Shown here one piece after another: positions 50,315-59,815 of a stretch of DNA of 64,000 bases. The notes beneath the pieces were generated by a model. The model was given only the letters and a program-made list of their open reading frames with translations, did not search any database and was not told the DNA's origin. Source of the stretch: Candidatus Latescibacterota bacterium. Lineage in GTDB: Bacteria > Latescibacterota > UBA2968 > UBA8231. Position 1 is the stretch's first letter; each line of letters begins with the position of its first letter. Location: NCBI GenBank assembly GCA_965221775.1, contig CBDCSU010000006.1, forward strand, positions 1,728,001-1,792,000. Reading direction: 5' to 3'. Both the position numbers and the translations under genes were made by a program.

Positions 50315-52777
50315 ATGGTCGACATCGGCTACTTCGCCCTGTGCCTGTCCCTGGCGGCAGGCGGGTACGCAACGCTTGCCTCGATCCTCGGGGCGCACCG
50401 CAACCACGAAGGGCTGATCCGCTCCGGAGAGAACGCCGCCCTGGCCGTCTGCGGTCTCTACACGGTCTCGGTGGCGGGGTTGTGGTACGCGATCCTGACG
50501 CACGACTTCGAGGTCCAGTACGTGGCCGAGAACACGAACCGCGCCCAACCATTCCAGTACGTGGTCGCGTCGCTGTGGGGGGGGCAGAACGGGTCGATCC
50601 TGTTCTGGGGCTGGATCCTGTCGCTGTACACCGCCGCCGTGGTGCTCCTCAACCGCCACCGCTACCGGGCCCTGATGCCCTACACGGTAGCCGTTCTCGG
50701 CGCCTCCTGCTTCTTCTTCGCCCTGTTGAACATCTACGCCGCCGACCCCTTCCGCCGGCTGCCCTTCACCCCTCTCGACGGCAGCGGCCTGAACCCGATC
50801 CTCCAGCACCCCTACATGGCGATCCATCCGCCGATGCTCTACGCGGGCATGGTCGGCATGACGGTCCCCTTCGCCTTCGGCATCGCCGCCCTGGCATCCA
50901 GGCGCCTCGACAACTCCTGGTTGTACGCGATGCGCCGGTGGCTGCTGATCCCGTGGATGTTCCTCGGCGCCGGTCTCCTGCTCGGCGGCAAGTGGGCCTA
51001 TGTCGAGCTGGGCTGGGGGGGCTACTGGGGCTGGGACCCCGTGGAGAATGCCTCGTTGATGCCCTGGCTGGCCGCCACTGCGCTGCTGCACTCGGTGATG
51101 ATCCAGGAGCGCAAGGGCATGCTGAAGGTCTGGAACATGGTGCTCCTGTTCTTCACCTTCGGGATGACGATCTTCGGCACCTTCCTCACCCGCTCCGGCA
51201 TCGTCTCCTCCGTCCACGCCTTCGCCCAGTCGAACGTCGGCCCCTACTTCGTCACCTTCCTGGTGCTGATCGTCGCCGGCTCCGCGGTGCTGCTGGTGAC
51301 CCGTCTGGACCACCTCAAGGCGGAGCACCGGCTCGAGTCCTTCGCCTCCCGCGAGAGTGCCTTCCTGCTCAACAACTGGATCCTGCTGGCTCTGCTCTTC
51401 GCCGTCCTCTGGGGAACCCTCTTCCCGGTGATCTCCGAGGCCTTCACAGGCGACAAGATCACCGTGGGGGCGCCCTTCTTCGACCGGGTGAGCGTGCCCA
51501 TGGGCCTGGTGCTGCTCTTCCTCACGGGCGCCGGCCCCCTCTTTGCCTGGCGGCGAACGTCGATTGAGAGCCTGCGCCGCAATTTCGGGATTCCGGGGGT
51601 CTGCGGACTCCTCGCCCTCGGGCTTGCGGCGGCCCTCGGCGTACGCGGACTCTACCCCCTCGTGTCCCTGACCTTGTGCGGTTTCGTCGCCGGCTCCGTG
51701 GCCTTCGAGTTCGCCCGGGGCATCGCCGCCCGGCAGCGGACCTCAGGGGAAACCCTCCTGACCGCCGGCGCCCGCCTGCTGGCCAAGAGCCGCCGGCGTT
51801 ACGGGGGCTACCTCGTGCACGTCTCCATCGTGCTCCTCTTCGTCGGCTTCACCGGCAAGGCCTTCACCAGCGAGCGTGAGATCGTCCTCGAGCCCGGCGA
51901 ATCCGCCCGGATCGGCGAGTACACGGCCACGTTGGAGACCCTGGCCTTCGGCGACGACCCCAACCGGTCGGTGCAGGCCGCCGCCGTCGGCCTGGAGCGC
52001 AACGGGCGCTTCCTGGCCACCTTGGTGCCGGAGCGCCACTTCTACAAGACCGCCGAGCAGAACACCACCGAGGTCGCCATCTACTCGCGCTGGCTCGAGG
52101 ACTTCTACCTCATCATGGTGGGTCCGTCCTCCGACCTGGCCTCGGCCAAGTTCCAGATCTACGTCAACCCCCTCGTCGCCTGCGTCTGGTTGGGGGCGGC
52201 CCTGCTGGTGGTCAGCGCCCTGTGGACGATGTGGCCGTCGGCCCGCGACCGGCGTATGGCCCGCCTCGACCGGGACACCTCGCGCACCCGGCCCGGAGAC
52301 GGTTCTCGTGGCGGGGGGGCGGCACCGGCGGTCCTCCTCCTGTGCCTGGCTGCCCTCTGCGCCCCGGCCCGAGCCGCCCCGCCCCCGGAACGGGTCAAGG
52401 CCACCGCCGCCGACCTCGTCTGCCTGTGCGGCACCTGCAACCGCGAGTCCCTGGCCACCTGCCTGTGCCAGTTCGCCATCGCCGAGCGGGAGAGCATCGC
52501 CCTCCGGCTGGAGGAAGGCCAGGGCCCCGAGGAGATCGTCGCCGCCTACGTGGAACGCTTCGGTCCCATGGGGCTGGCCAATCCACCCGAGGGTTACGGC
52601 TTCGTGTGGGTCATCCCCTTCCTGGTTCTCGCCGGCGGCGCCCTCGGCGTTCGCCATGTCCTCTCCCGCTGGCACCGCGGCGGCCCCCCGGAGGCGGCCC
52701 CTCCCGGGGCCCCGGCCAGCCGGCCATCGCCTCTGGACGAGCAGCTCCGGCGGGAGCTCGACGGCTTCGAGGGTTGA
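50315..52777 (+). CDS. ccmF: Heme lyase CcmF fused to a CcmH-like domain
   Basis: GLNPILQHP..IHPP, WAYVELGWGGYWGWDPVENAS, TRSG..SVHAF; C-terminal CLCGTC..CLC, EEIVAAYVERFG, WVIP. Confidence 0.93.
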   Translation: MVDIGYFALCLSLAAGGYATLASILGAHRNHEGLIRSGENAALAVCGLYTVSVAGLWYAILTHDFEVQYVAENTNRAQPFQYVVASLWGGQNGSILFWGWILSLYTAAVVLLNRHRYRALMPYTVAVLGASCFFFALLNIYAADPFRRLPFTPLDGSGLNPILQHPYMAIHPPMLYAGMVGMTVPFAFGIAALASRRLDNSWLYAMRRWLLIPWMFLGAGLLLGGKWAYVELGWGGYWGWDPVENASLMPWLAATALLHSVMIQERKGMLKVWNMVLLFFTFGMTIFGTFLTRSGIVSSVHAFAQSNVGPYFVTFLVLIVAGSAVLLVTRLDHLKAEHRLESFASRESAFLLNNWILLALLFAVLWGTLFPVISEAFTGDKITVGAPFFDRVSVPMGLVLLFLTGAGPLFAWRRTSIESLRRNFGIPGVCGLLALGLAAALGVRGLYPLVSLTLCGFVAGSVAFEFARGIAARQRTSGETLLTAGARLLAKSRRRYGGYLVHVSIVLLFVGFTGKAFTSEREIVLEPGESARIGEYTATLETLAFGDDPNRSVQAAAVGLERNGRFLATLVPERHFYKTAEQNTTEVAIYSRWLEDFYLIMVGPSSDLASAKFQIYVNPLVACVWLGAALLVVSALWTMWPSARDRRMARLDRDTSRTRPGDGSRGGGAAPAVLLLCLAALCAPARAAPPPERVKATAADLVCLCGTCNRESLATCLCQFAIAERESIALRLEEGQGPEEIVAAYVERFGPMGLANPPEGYGFVWVIPFLVLAGGALGVRHVLSRWHRGGPPEAAPPGAPASRPSPLDEQLRRELDGFEG

Positions 52778-52781
52778 CCGA

Positions 52782-53258
52782 GTGAGCCTTCTCATCCCCT
52801 TGGCCTGCCTGGCCTTGCTGGCCGTCTTTGTCGCCGCCGTGGTACAGCCGGTGATGGCCGCTCCCCTGGCCTGGCGGCGCCAGACGGGCAGCGCCCGCCA
52901 GCGCCTGGAGCTGACCGAGCGCAAGGAGCAGCTCTACGCCTCGATCAAGGAGCTCGAGTTCGACCACCGCGTCGGCAAGATCTCGCAGGACGACCACGAC
53001 TCCCTCCGCGCGGAGCTGGAGTCCCAGGCCGTCGAGGCACTTTCCGGGCTCCGCCGGCTCGAGTCCCGGGATCCGGACCGGGGCCTGCACCGGCGCATCG
53101 AGGAAGACGTCAGGCTGCTGGCCGCCGGCAGGGAAGACGCTGCCCGGCCATCCGCCGACTCCGGGCCCTGTCCCGACTGCGGCCGGGCTCGGGAACCAGG
53201 CCACAGATTCTGTCCGGACTGCGGCTTTCGGCTGGGCGATCCTTCCCCGGCCCCATGA
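52782..53258 (+). CDS. Membrane-anchored zinc-ribbon protein (CcmI-N-like)
   Basis: TM helix, IKELEFDH..GKIS.DD, CPDC..FCPDCG; GTG start inferred. Confidence 0.75.
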   Translation: MSLLIPLACLALLAVFVAAVVQPVMAAPLAWRRQTGSARQRLELTERKEQLYASIKELEFDHRVGKISQDDHDSLRAELESQAVEALSGLRRLESRDPDRGLHRRIEEDVRLLAAGREDAARPSADSGPCPDCGRAREPGHRFCPDCGFRLGDPSPAP

Positions 53259-54397
53259 CACGGCTCCTCCGTCCCTGGCCGATCGCTCTGCTTTCCGTCC
53301 TGGCGGCGGGCATGTCGGCACCGGCGCCCGCGGCGACCGTGAAGGGATACGTTCTGGACGTCCTCCGCGACGAGCGCGTGCCCGGCGTCGAGGTCGCCTT
53401 CCTGATCCCGGACGAAGGCGGGGGAGTCACCGAGATCGCCCGGCGCACCACCGACAAGACCGGCGGCTTCTCCTTCGCCGCCCCCTTTCTGTCGGCGGGC
53501 ACCCCCTTCGTCCTCACCGCCTATTACCGCGACCTGGAGTACGGCACCCGGAACCTCGTGGTGGGCAACCAGGACCAGGTGATCCTCGAGGTCTACGAAG
53601 GCATCGACGACCCCTCCGGCATCCACGTCGCGGCCCATCACCTGTTCCTGTCCGTGAGGGACCGGGGCCTCGAGGTGCTGCAGTTGGTGCAGACGGAGAA
53701 CCACGGATCGGCCACCTATGTGGGCCGCCGGGTGGGAGAGGAACGCCGGGTGCTCGAGCTGGCGCTGCCCGAGGGCCATCTCGGCCTGCAGGCCCACGCC
53801 GGCGCCATCGTGCGGGCCGGGCCGACCCGGGCCTTCGACTCGCGGCCACTGCCCCCGGGCGCGACCCAGACCGCCTTCACCTTTCAGCTGCCCGCGGCGG
53901 CCCTCGAGGGCCATGGCTACGAGCACACCGTCATCTACCCGACGGATCGCCTGGAGCTGTTCCTGCAGCCCCCGGAAATCTCCCTCGGCGCGCCCTTCCA
54001 GGATCTGGGCCGAATCACCATCCAGGACCGGGACTACCGTCACTACCGCCTCGAGGGCCTGGACCCCGGCCGCACCGTAGCCGTGCCGCTGCCGGTCCCG
54101 AGGCCGCTGCGCTGGGCCCTGAAGTGGGCCATGATCGCCCTGGTGCCGGCGGTTCTGATCACCGTCTTCGCCCTGGCCCGGACGACGACCGGACCCGCGG
54201 AAAGACCCGCCCCGACCGGGGAGGATCGGGAGCTGCTGGAGCAGCGGCGGTGGGAGCTGCTGGCCGAATTGTCACGCCTCGACGCCGCTGGGGATCCCCC
54301 ACAGGGATTGAACTCGCAGACCCGGCCGAGGCAACTGGTCATGGCCGAGGCCGTCGAGGTCTACCGGCGTCTCGGCCTGGACGCCGAGGGCGACTGA
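53255..54397 (+). CDS. Exported protein with carboxypeptidase-regulatory-like (Ig-like) domain and C-terminal TM
   Basis: Signal peptide, VKGYV, TTDKTGGFSF, C-terminal TM plus coiled coil. Confidence 0.65.
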   Translation: MTRLLRPWPIALLSVLAAGMSAPAPAATVKGYVLDVLRDERVPGVEVAFLIPDEGGGVTEIARRTTDKTGGFSFAAPFLSAGTPFVLTAYYRDLEYGTRNLVVGNQDQVILEVYEGIDDPSGIHVAAHHLFLSVRDRGLEVLQLVQTENHGSATYVGRRVGEERRVLELALPEGHLGLQAHAGAIVRAGPTRAFDSRPLPPGATQTAFTFQLPAAALEGHGYEHTVIYPTDRLELFLQPPEISLGAPFQDLGRITIQDRDYRHYRLEGLDPGRTVAVPLPVPRPLRWALKWAMIALVPAVLITVFALARTTTGPAERPAPTGEDRELLEQRRWELLAELSRLDAAGDPPQGLNSQTRPRQLVMAEAVEVYRRLGLDAEGD

Positions 54398-54408
54398 GAC
54401 TCGCCGTG

Positions 54409-55101
54409 ATGGTCCGGGTGGAAGAGCTGCGGAAGCACTATGGCGACACGATCGCCCTCGACGGCGTCGACTTGGCCGTGGAACCCGGCACTCACCTACT
54501 GCTGGCCGGGGCCAACGGCGCCGGCAAGACCACCTTGCTGCGCTTGCTGACCGGCCTGACGGGTCCGTCGGCCGGCCTTGTGCGGATCGACGGAGAAGAT
54601 CCGCGGCGGTCCCGGTTGCGCCAGCGGCTGGGGCTGCTCTCGCACGAGACGCAGCTCTACGACGATCTGACGGTGAGGGAGAACCTCCGTTTCTTCGCCC
54701 GCCTCTACGGAGCTCCGCCCGGCGCCGCCGACGTCGCCCTCGATGGGGTGGGGTTGGCCGGGCGCGCCGACACCCGAGTCGGCATCCTGTCGCGAGGCCT
54801 CCAGCAACGGGCGGCCCTGGCGCGCGCCACCCTTCACGGCCCCGAGGTACTGCTTCTGGACGAGCCCTTCACCGGTCTCGACGGAGCCGCCTCCAGGGCG
54901 GTGGCGGCGAACCTGAGCGAGCGCGCCGCCTCCACCGATTGCTCCACCGTGGTCGTGACCCACAAGGTCGAGCAGGTGGCCTCGACCACCAACCGCGTGG
55001 TCGTGCTGCGCCAGGGCCGCGTGGCCCTGGACGCCAGGTGGTCCGGCGACGGCATGGCCCTTCAGGCCTTGTGCGACCGCCATCTGGAAGGCCCGCCGTG
55101 A
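54409..55101 (+). CDS. ccmA: Heme exporter ATP-binding protein
   Basis: GANGAGKTT, LSRGLQQR, LLLDEPFTGLD; followed by ccmB and ccmC. Confidence 0.88.
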   Translation: MVRVEELRKHYGDTIALDGVDLAVEPGTHLLLAGANGAGKTTLLRLLTGLTGPSAGLVRIDGEDPRRSRLRQRLGLLSHETQLYDDLTVRENLRFFARLYGAPPGAADVALDGVGLAGRADTRVGILSRGLQQRAALARATLHGPEVLLLDEPFTGLDGAASRAVAANLSERAASTDCSTVVVTHKVEQVASTTNRVVVLRQGRVALDARWSGDGMALQALCDRHLEGPP

Positions 55102-55808
55102 TGCTGCCCGGGACCGTGGGGCACGCCTGGATCCTGCTGCGCAAGGATCTGTCCGCCGAGTGGCGCACCAGGGAGCGGCTGAGCCCGATGGTCTTCTTCG
55201 TGCTGCTGGTGTTGCTGGTCTTCAACTTCAGCTTCGAGTTGGGGGGCGCGGCCCTGTGGGAAATCGGCCCCGGCGTGCTGTGGTCGTGCTTCGTCTTCGC
55301 CAGCCTCTTCGGGCTGCAGCGCACCTTCGTCAACGAGACCCGCAACGGCTGTCTCGACGCATTGCTCGCGGCCCCGGTCGACCGGAGATCGCTCTACCTG
55401 GCCAAGATGGGAGGCAACGTGCTGTTCCTCCTGGGCGTACAGGTGCTCACCTTGCCCTTCTTCGGCCTCTTCTTTAACCTCAGCCCCGGTCCCTACCTGC
55501 TGCCGATCGCCGCCATCTTCGTGCTCGGATCCGCCTGCGTGGCATCCGTCGGCACCTTGTTCGCCGCCATGGCCGGGCACTCTCGCCTGCGGGAGCTGCT
55601 GCTGCCGCTGCTCCTGCTTCCCATCCTGCTCCCGGCGCTGATTTCCTGCGTGGCGGCCACCGGCGCGGTCCTGGCTTCGGCCGCGCCGGGTCGGGCCGGA
55701 ACCCTGTGGCCCGAGGAGTTGACCGCCCACGTGGCCATGCTGGCTCTATTCGCCATGGTCTTCACCACCCTTGCCCTGATGCTCTTCGACTTCGTCATCG
55801 AAGAGTGA
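55101..55808 (+). CDS. ccmB: Heme exporter protein B
   Basis: KDL..EWRTRE, PGVLW, E.RNG.LD.L, RELLLPLLLLP. Confidence 0.9.
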   Translation: MLPGTVGHAWILLRKDLSAEWRTRERLSPMVFFVLLVLLVFNFSFELGGAALWEIGPGVLWSCFVFASLFGLQRTFVNETRNGCLDALLAAPVDRRSLYLAKMGGNVLFLLGVQVLTLPFFGLFFNLSPGPYLLPIAAIFVLGSACVASVGTLFAAMAGHSRLRELLLPLLLLPILLPALISCVAATGAVLASAAPGRAGTLWPEELTAHVAMLALFAMVFTTLALMLFDFVIEE

Positions 55809-55824
55809 GACCTGGCCCTGGTCC

Positions 55825-56526
55825 ATGAGCTCAGGCCACCCGCCTCGATACGCCGGGATCCTCGGCTTGGCCACCACCGTCCTGATGGTGGCGGCCGTGG
55901 CCGCGGTGTTTCTCTACGCGCCGGACGACAAGAACCCGCAGATGGGCAGCGCCTGGCCGTGGTTGCAGCGCATCTTCTACTTCCATGTCTCCGCCGCCCT
56001 CTCCGCCGGGCTGGCGTACTTCCTCGTCTTTCTCGGCAGCCTTCTCTACCTGATCCGTCGCCGCAACCAATGGGACCGTTTCGCCGGGGTCAGTGCCGAG
56101 CTGGGCGTGATGTTCTCCCTCTTCGTTCTCGTCAGCGGCCCCCTGTGGGCCAAGCCTGTCTGGGGGGTGTACTGGCGGTGGGAGCCCCGGCTGACCACGA
56201 TGCTGGTCACCTTCACCATCTACGTCGCCTATCTGATGGTGCGCTCCTACGGAGAGCCCGGAGAACGGAGCCAGCGCTTTGCCGCGGTCTTCGGCATCGT
56301 CGCTTTCGCCAACGTCCCCCTCGTGCACTTCTCCGTCCACATGTGGTCCGCCGCGCAGCAGCTCCATCCGCCGGGGATCGAGCTGGGGCCGGCCATGTCC
56401 CACACCAAGTATCTGTGCTACGCCGCCTTCGGCTGCCTGTTCCTGCATCTCATGCGGCTGCGCCTCAGCCAGGAGCGGCTGGCCGCCCGCCAGCGCCAGC
56501 TCCTGCGGCATGCAGGGCCCGGCTGA
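55825..56526 (+). CDS. ccmC: Heme exporter protein C
   Basis: RIFYFHV, WAKPVWGVYWRWEPRLT, QLHP. Confidence 0.92.
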   Translation: MSSGHPPRYAGILGLATTVLMVAAVAAVFLYAPDDKNPQMGSAWPWLQRIFYFHVSAALSAGLAYFLVFLGSLLYLIRRRNQWDRFAGVSAELGVMFSLFVLVSGPLWAKPVWGVYWRWEPRLTTMLVTFTIYVAYLMVRSYGEPGERSQRFAAVFGIVAFANVPLVHFSVHMWSAAQQLHPPGIELGPAMSHTKYLCYAAFGCLFLHLMRLRLSQERLAARQRQLLRHAGPG

Positions 56527-56545
56527 CGAACGAAGGAGGAATCCC

Positions 56546-56722
56546 ATGGACAACACCGGCCTCATTCACCTGGGCACAGCCTACGGTGCCTTCTTCCTCC
56601 TGCTGGCCCTCTATATGGACCGTCTGCGGCGGAGGGATCGCGAGTTGTGGCGCCGTCTGCAGGAGCTGGAGGATCGCCAGGAAAAAGCGGGAGACAACCC
56701 CCGGAGCCCTCCGGAGAATTGA
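56546..56722 (+). CDS. ccmD: Heme exporter protein D-like small membrane protein
   Basis: SD AAGGAGG; AYG plus TM plus charged tail, directly after ccmC. Confidence 0.75.
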   Translation: MDNTGLIHLGTAYGAFFLLLALYMDRLRRRDRELWRRLQELEDRQEKAGDNPRSPPEN

Positions 56723-56758
56723 ACACATCTCTAATATCCATAGGCACTTACGATTGAA

Positions 56759-56788
56759 TTGACAGTGCTTTTTCGAGCGTCCTATATT
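56759..56788 (+). promoter_or_regulatory. Putative sigma70 promoter
   Basis: TTGACA-18 bp-TATATT in an AT-rich intergenic region. Confidence 0.6.
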
Positions 56789-56825
56789 GACGCCTCCTTC
56801 CACGATGCAGGTCGGAGATTGAACC

Positions 56826-57425
56826 ATGGTTGAAATGGAAGTTCACCAGGTTCAGGTATCCTCCCGGGCCTATCAGCGCGTCCTCCTGCGAGCCAAGGAG
56901 GGCGACGGCAACCTCCACATCGTCATCGGACCTGCCGAGGCGCGGGCCATCTCCCTCGCCCATCGCGGCCAGGAGGCCCCGAGGCCTCTGAGCTACGACA
57001 TGGCCCGGTCGTTGTTGGATGAGGCCGGCGCCAGCATCCGGCAGGTGGCCATCACCAGTCTCCAGGACGGGATCTACTACGCCGAGATCCACCTCGCCGA
57101 CGACGAGGGGGGAGAGCACGTGGTCGACTCGCGCCCGTCCGACGCCATCGCCCTTGCGCTGCGCACCGGCGCTCCGATCTTTGCCGACGAGAGCGTTCTC
57201 GATGTCGACTCGGGGAACCGGGGCGAGGAGGAGGCCTCGATCGACGGCGAGACGGGGCACGCCGGTCAACCGAAGGGCCTGGTCAGCCTCGAAGAGCTCC
57301 TCGCCGACTCCGAGCCTGGCATGACGGAGAAGCAGCAACTGGAGAAACGGCTTCGCATGGCCGTCGCCGAAGAGGCCTACGAGGAGGCGGCACGCCTGCG
57401 GGACCATCTGAATGCAATCCCATGA
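56826..57425 (+). CDS. Bifunctional nuclease (DUF151) with C-terminal UVR domain, copy 1
   Basis: IG.AEARAI, RPLSYD, DSRPSDAIALA, EAYEEAARLRD. Confidence 0.88.
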   Translation: MVEMEVHQVQVSSRAYQRVLLRAKEGDGNLHIVIGPAEARAISLAHRGQEAPRPLSYDMARSLLDEAGASIRQVAITSLQDGIYYAEIHLADDEGGEHVVDSRPSDAIALALRTGAPIFADESVLDVDSGNRGEEEASIDGETGHAGQPKGLVSLEELLADSEPGMTEKQQLEKRLRMAVAEEAYEEAARLRDHLNAIP

Positions 57426-57462
57426 CGCGGATCTGAGGAGGCCAAACGACGAGGCTCGATCC

Positions 57463-58137
57463 ATGAAGGAGAATCGCAGCAGACCCCGCAGGGCGCTCGT
57501 CGAGATGGAGGTCCTCAAAGTCAGCCCCTATCTGCGCGCCGAACAGCCATTGATGTGGCTATGTGAGAAGGAATCGCCCCAGCCCCGGTTGCTGCCGATC
57601 GCCGTTGGCGAGTTCGAGGCCGCAGCCATCCAGATGCAGTTGACTGGCGACCGGCCTCTGCGGCCGATTCCCCACGACCTGCTCGCATCGCTTCTCGGGG
57701 AGCTGACGATCCCTGTCCGCCGCGTGGTCATCCACTCCTTCCAGGGCCAGGCCTTCGTGGCGTCGGCCGTGGTCGAGCGTGGGGGGCGCCTGCGAGAGCT
57801 CGACTGTCGGCCTTCCGATGGCGTGGCCCTGGCGTTGCGCACCGACGCTCCCGTCTACATCACTTGCGAGTTGCTCGATCTCGCCAGCCTTTCCTCGGCC
57901 CCCGATGGCGCCGACCCGGGGCGCACCATGGCGCGTTTCTACGAGGTCGAGCCGCAGATCCTGGGCGACCGGGCACGGGCCGATGCCGCCGAGGCCACGA
58001 CCACTCCTGTCATCGGCAAAGCGCGGAGCCGTCTCGCCGAACTGCAGCATCGGCTCAAGCAGGCCGTGATCCGCGAGGATTACGAGAAGGCCGCCCTCCT
58101 GCGCGACGAGATCGAGCGCGTCCGGAGCCGCCCCTGA
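57463..58137 (+). CDS. Bifunctional nuclease (DUF151) with C-terminal UVR domain, copy 2
   Basis: LPIAVGEFEAAAI, RPIPHD, DCRPSDGVALA, EDYEKAALLRDEI; start uncertain (57412/57463/57505). Confidence 0.85.
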   Translation: MKENRSRPRRALVEMEVLKVSPYLRAEQPLMWLCEKESPQPRLLPIAVGEFEAAAIQMQLTGDRPLRPIPHDLLASLLGELTIPVRRVVIHSFQGQAFVASAVVERGGRLRELDCRPSDGVALALRTDAPVYITCELLDLASLSSAPDGADPGRTMARFYEVEPQILGDRARADAAEATTTPVIGKARSRLAELQHRLKQAVIREDYEKAALLRDEIERVRSRP

Positions 58138-58156
58138 GGCTCTGGAGAGGCTGGAC

Positions 58157-58624
58157 GTGACCCGGCGCACCTCGGCCATTATCTGGCTCGGGCTGGTTCT
58201 GCTGCTGGCCTGCGGCGATGGGCCGGATCTCCGTTTCGCCAGTCCCGCTGCCACTTTTTCCGCCTATCGCGAGGCCCTGTCCCGGGGAGATGGAGATGCG
58301 GCCTGGGCCTGCCTGAGCCAGAGCCACCGGGAGCGGGACCTCGGCGGCGACCTGGCGGCCTGGCGGGAGGCGATCGCCGGCGAAGCGGGCCGTCAGTTGG
58401 CGCGGGAGGTGGCACGGCGGGAGATCTCGGAGGAGCGACGCATCAACGAGCGCGTCGCCTACCTGCAGTTCGATCGGTCGACCGTGCCGGATGGCGAAGG
58501 ATCCTTCTACTATTTCCTGCGAGATCCGGATGGCTGGAAGATCACGGTGCACACCGACAGCCTCTTTCGAGCGGAGCTTGAGGCGGCCATCGAGAACGGG
58601 CAGTTCCGCCTGAACGCGCGCTGA
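58157..58624 (+). CDS. Hypothetical lipoprotein (NTF2-like)
   Basis: Lipobox LLLAC, SPAATF..Y, DGWKI. Confidence 0.65.
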   Translation: MTRRTSAIIWLGLVLLLACGDGPDLRFASPAATFSAYREALSRGDGDAAWACLSQSHRERDLGGDLAAWREAIAGEAGRQLAREVARREISEERRINERVAYLQFDRSTVPDGEGSFYYFLRDPDGWKITVHTDSLFRAELEAAIENGQFRLNAR

Positions 58625-58693
58625 CCGCACGGCTCCCGGGACCGTGCCCCGGCGGCTCCCCATGCCACCACTACGCAACCGGATGCCAGGCTG

Positions 58694-59815
58694 ATGCGGG
58701 TGTGCATGGTCCTCTTCGGGGACCTGCGATTCGACTTCCGTGTCTTCCGCGAGGCCGACGCCCTGAGGGCCGCCGGTCACCAGGTCGTGCTGGTCACCTC
58801 CGACTTCGGAGGCCACCTGCCGCCGGTGTGGGACGACTTCGAGTCTCGCCGAATCCCGGTGGATCGCTCGAAGTCCCTGCGGCGGACGTACCCGGTCTTC
58901 TGGCAGCGGGCGGCAAGACTCGCCTGGGAGGCGGATGCGGATGTCTACCACGCTCACGATCTCGACGCCTTGTGGCCGGCCGCACGGGCAGCCGGGCGCC
59001 GTGGGGCCCGGCTGGTGTATGACTCTCACGAGTTGTTCGTCGAGCAATCCTCCCTGGTACGCCGGGCCGGTGTACGCGGCTTCTGGCGCTGGCTGGAACG
59101 CCGCCTCGTCCGGCGCGTCGACCGGGTGCTGACGGTCAGCGCAGCCATCGCCGACCAGCTTCAGCAGACCTATGACCTCGAGCTGCCGCCGGTCCTTGTC
59201 CGCAACCTGCCGCCCTTCCGCGAGCCTGTCTCCGGCGACGGGCTCCGTCAGGCTCTCCGACTGGACGGCGATGACGAGCCGCTGGTCCTGTACCAGGGCG
59301 GGTTCCTCACCGACAACGGGCTGGCCGAGCAGATCACCGCCATGAGCCGCATCGGGGTGGGGCGGCTCGTGCTTCTCGGCAGCGGTCCCATGGAGGAGAG
59401 CTTGCGCAGCCAGGTGGCGTCCCTGGGCCTGCAGGACCGGGTCCGCTTCCTGCCGCGCAGACCCTTTCCGCAATTGCACGCTCTCACCTGCGGAGCCGAC
59501 CTGGGCCTTTGCGTGATCAAGCCGGCGGGCAACAGCTTTCTCTGGTCCATGCCCAACAAGCTCTTCGAGTACCTGATGGCCGGGCTGCCCGTTCTCGCCG
59601 GGGACACCCCCGAGATCCGCCGCGTGGTCGAGGACACGGGAGCCGGCGTCCTCGTCGATCCGGAGGATCCGGACGCCATCGCCGACGCGCTGGGGGAGTT
59701 GCTGACCGACGAGCCCCGCCGGCGGCAACTGGGTGAGGCGGCCGCCAGTTCCGCCCGGAGGTACTGCTGGGAGCGGGAAGCCCCCCGACTGCTGGAGGCG
59801 TACGCGCAACTGTGA
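58694..59815 (+). CDS. Glycosyltransferase family 4
   Basis: DFRV.RE, HAHD, VYDSHE, PNKLFEY. Confidence 0.9.
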   Translation: MRVCMVLFGDLRFDFRVFREADALRAAGHQVVLVTSDFGGHLPPVWDDFESRRIPVDRSKSLRRTYPVFWQRAARLAWEADADVYHAHDLDALWPAARAAGRRGARLVYDSHELFVEQSSLVRRAGVRGFWRWLERRLVRRVDRVLTVSAAIADQLQQTYDLELPPVLVRNLPPFREPVSGDGLRQALRLDGDDEPLVLYQGGFLTDNGLAEQITAMSRIGVGRLVLLGSGPMEESLRSQVASLGLQDRVRFLPRRPFPQLHALTCGADLGLCVIKPAGNSFLWSMPNKLFEYLMAGLPVLAGDTPEIRRVVEDTGAGVLVDPEDPDAIADALGELLTDEPRRRQLGEAAASSARRYCWEREAPRLLEAYAQL

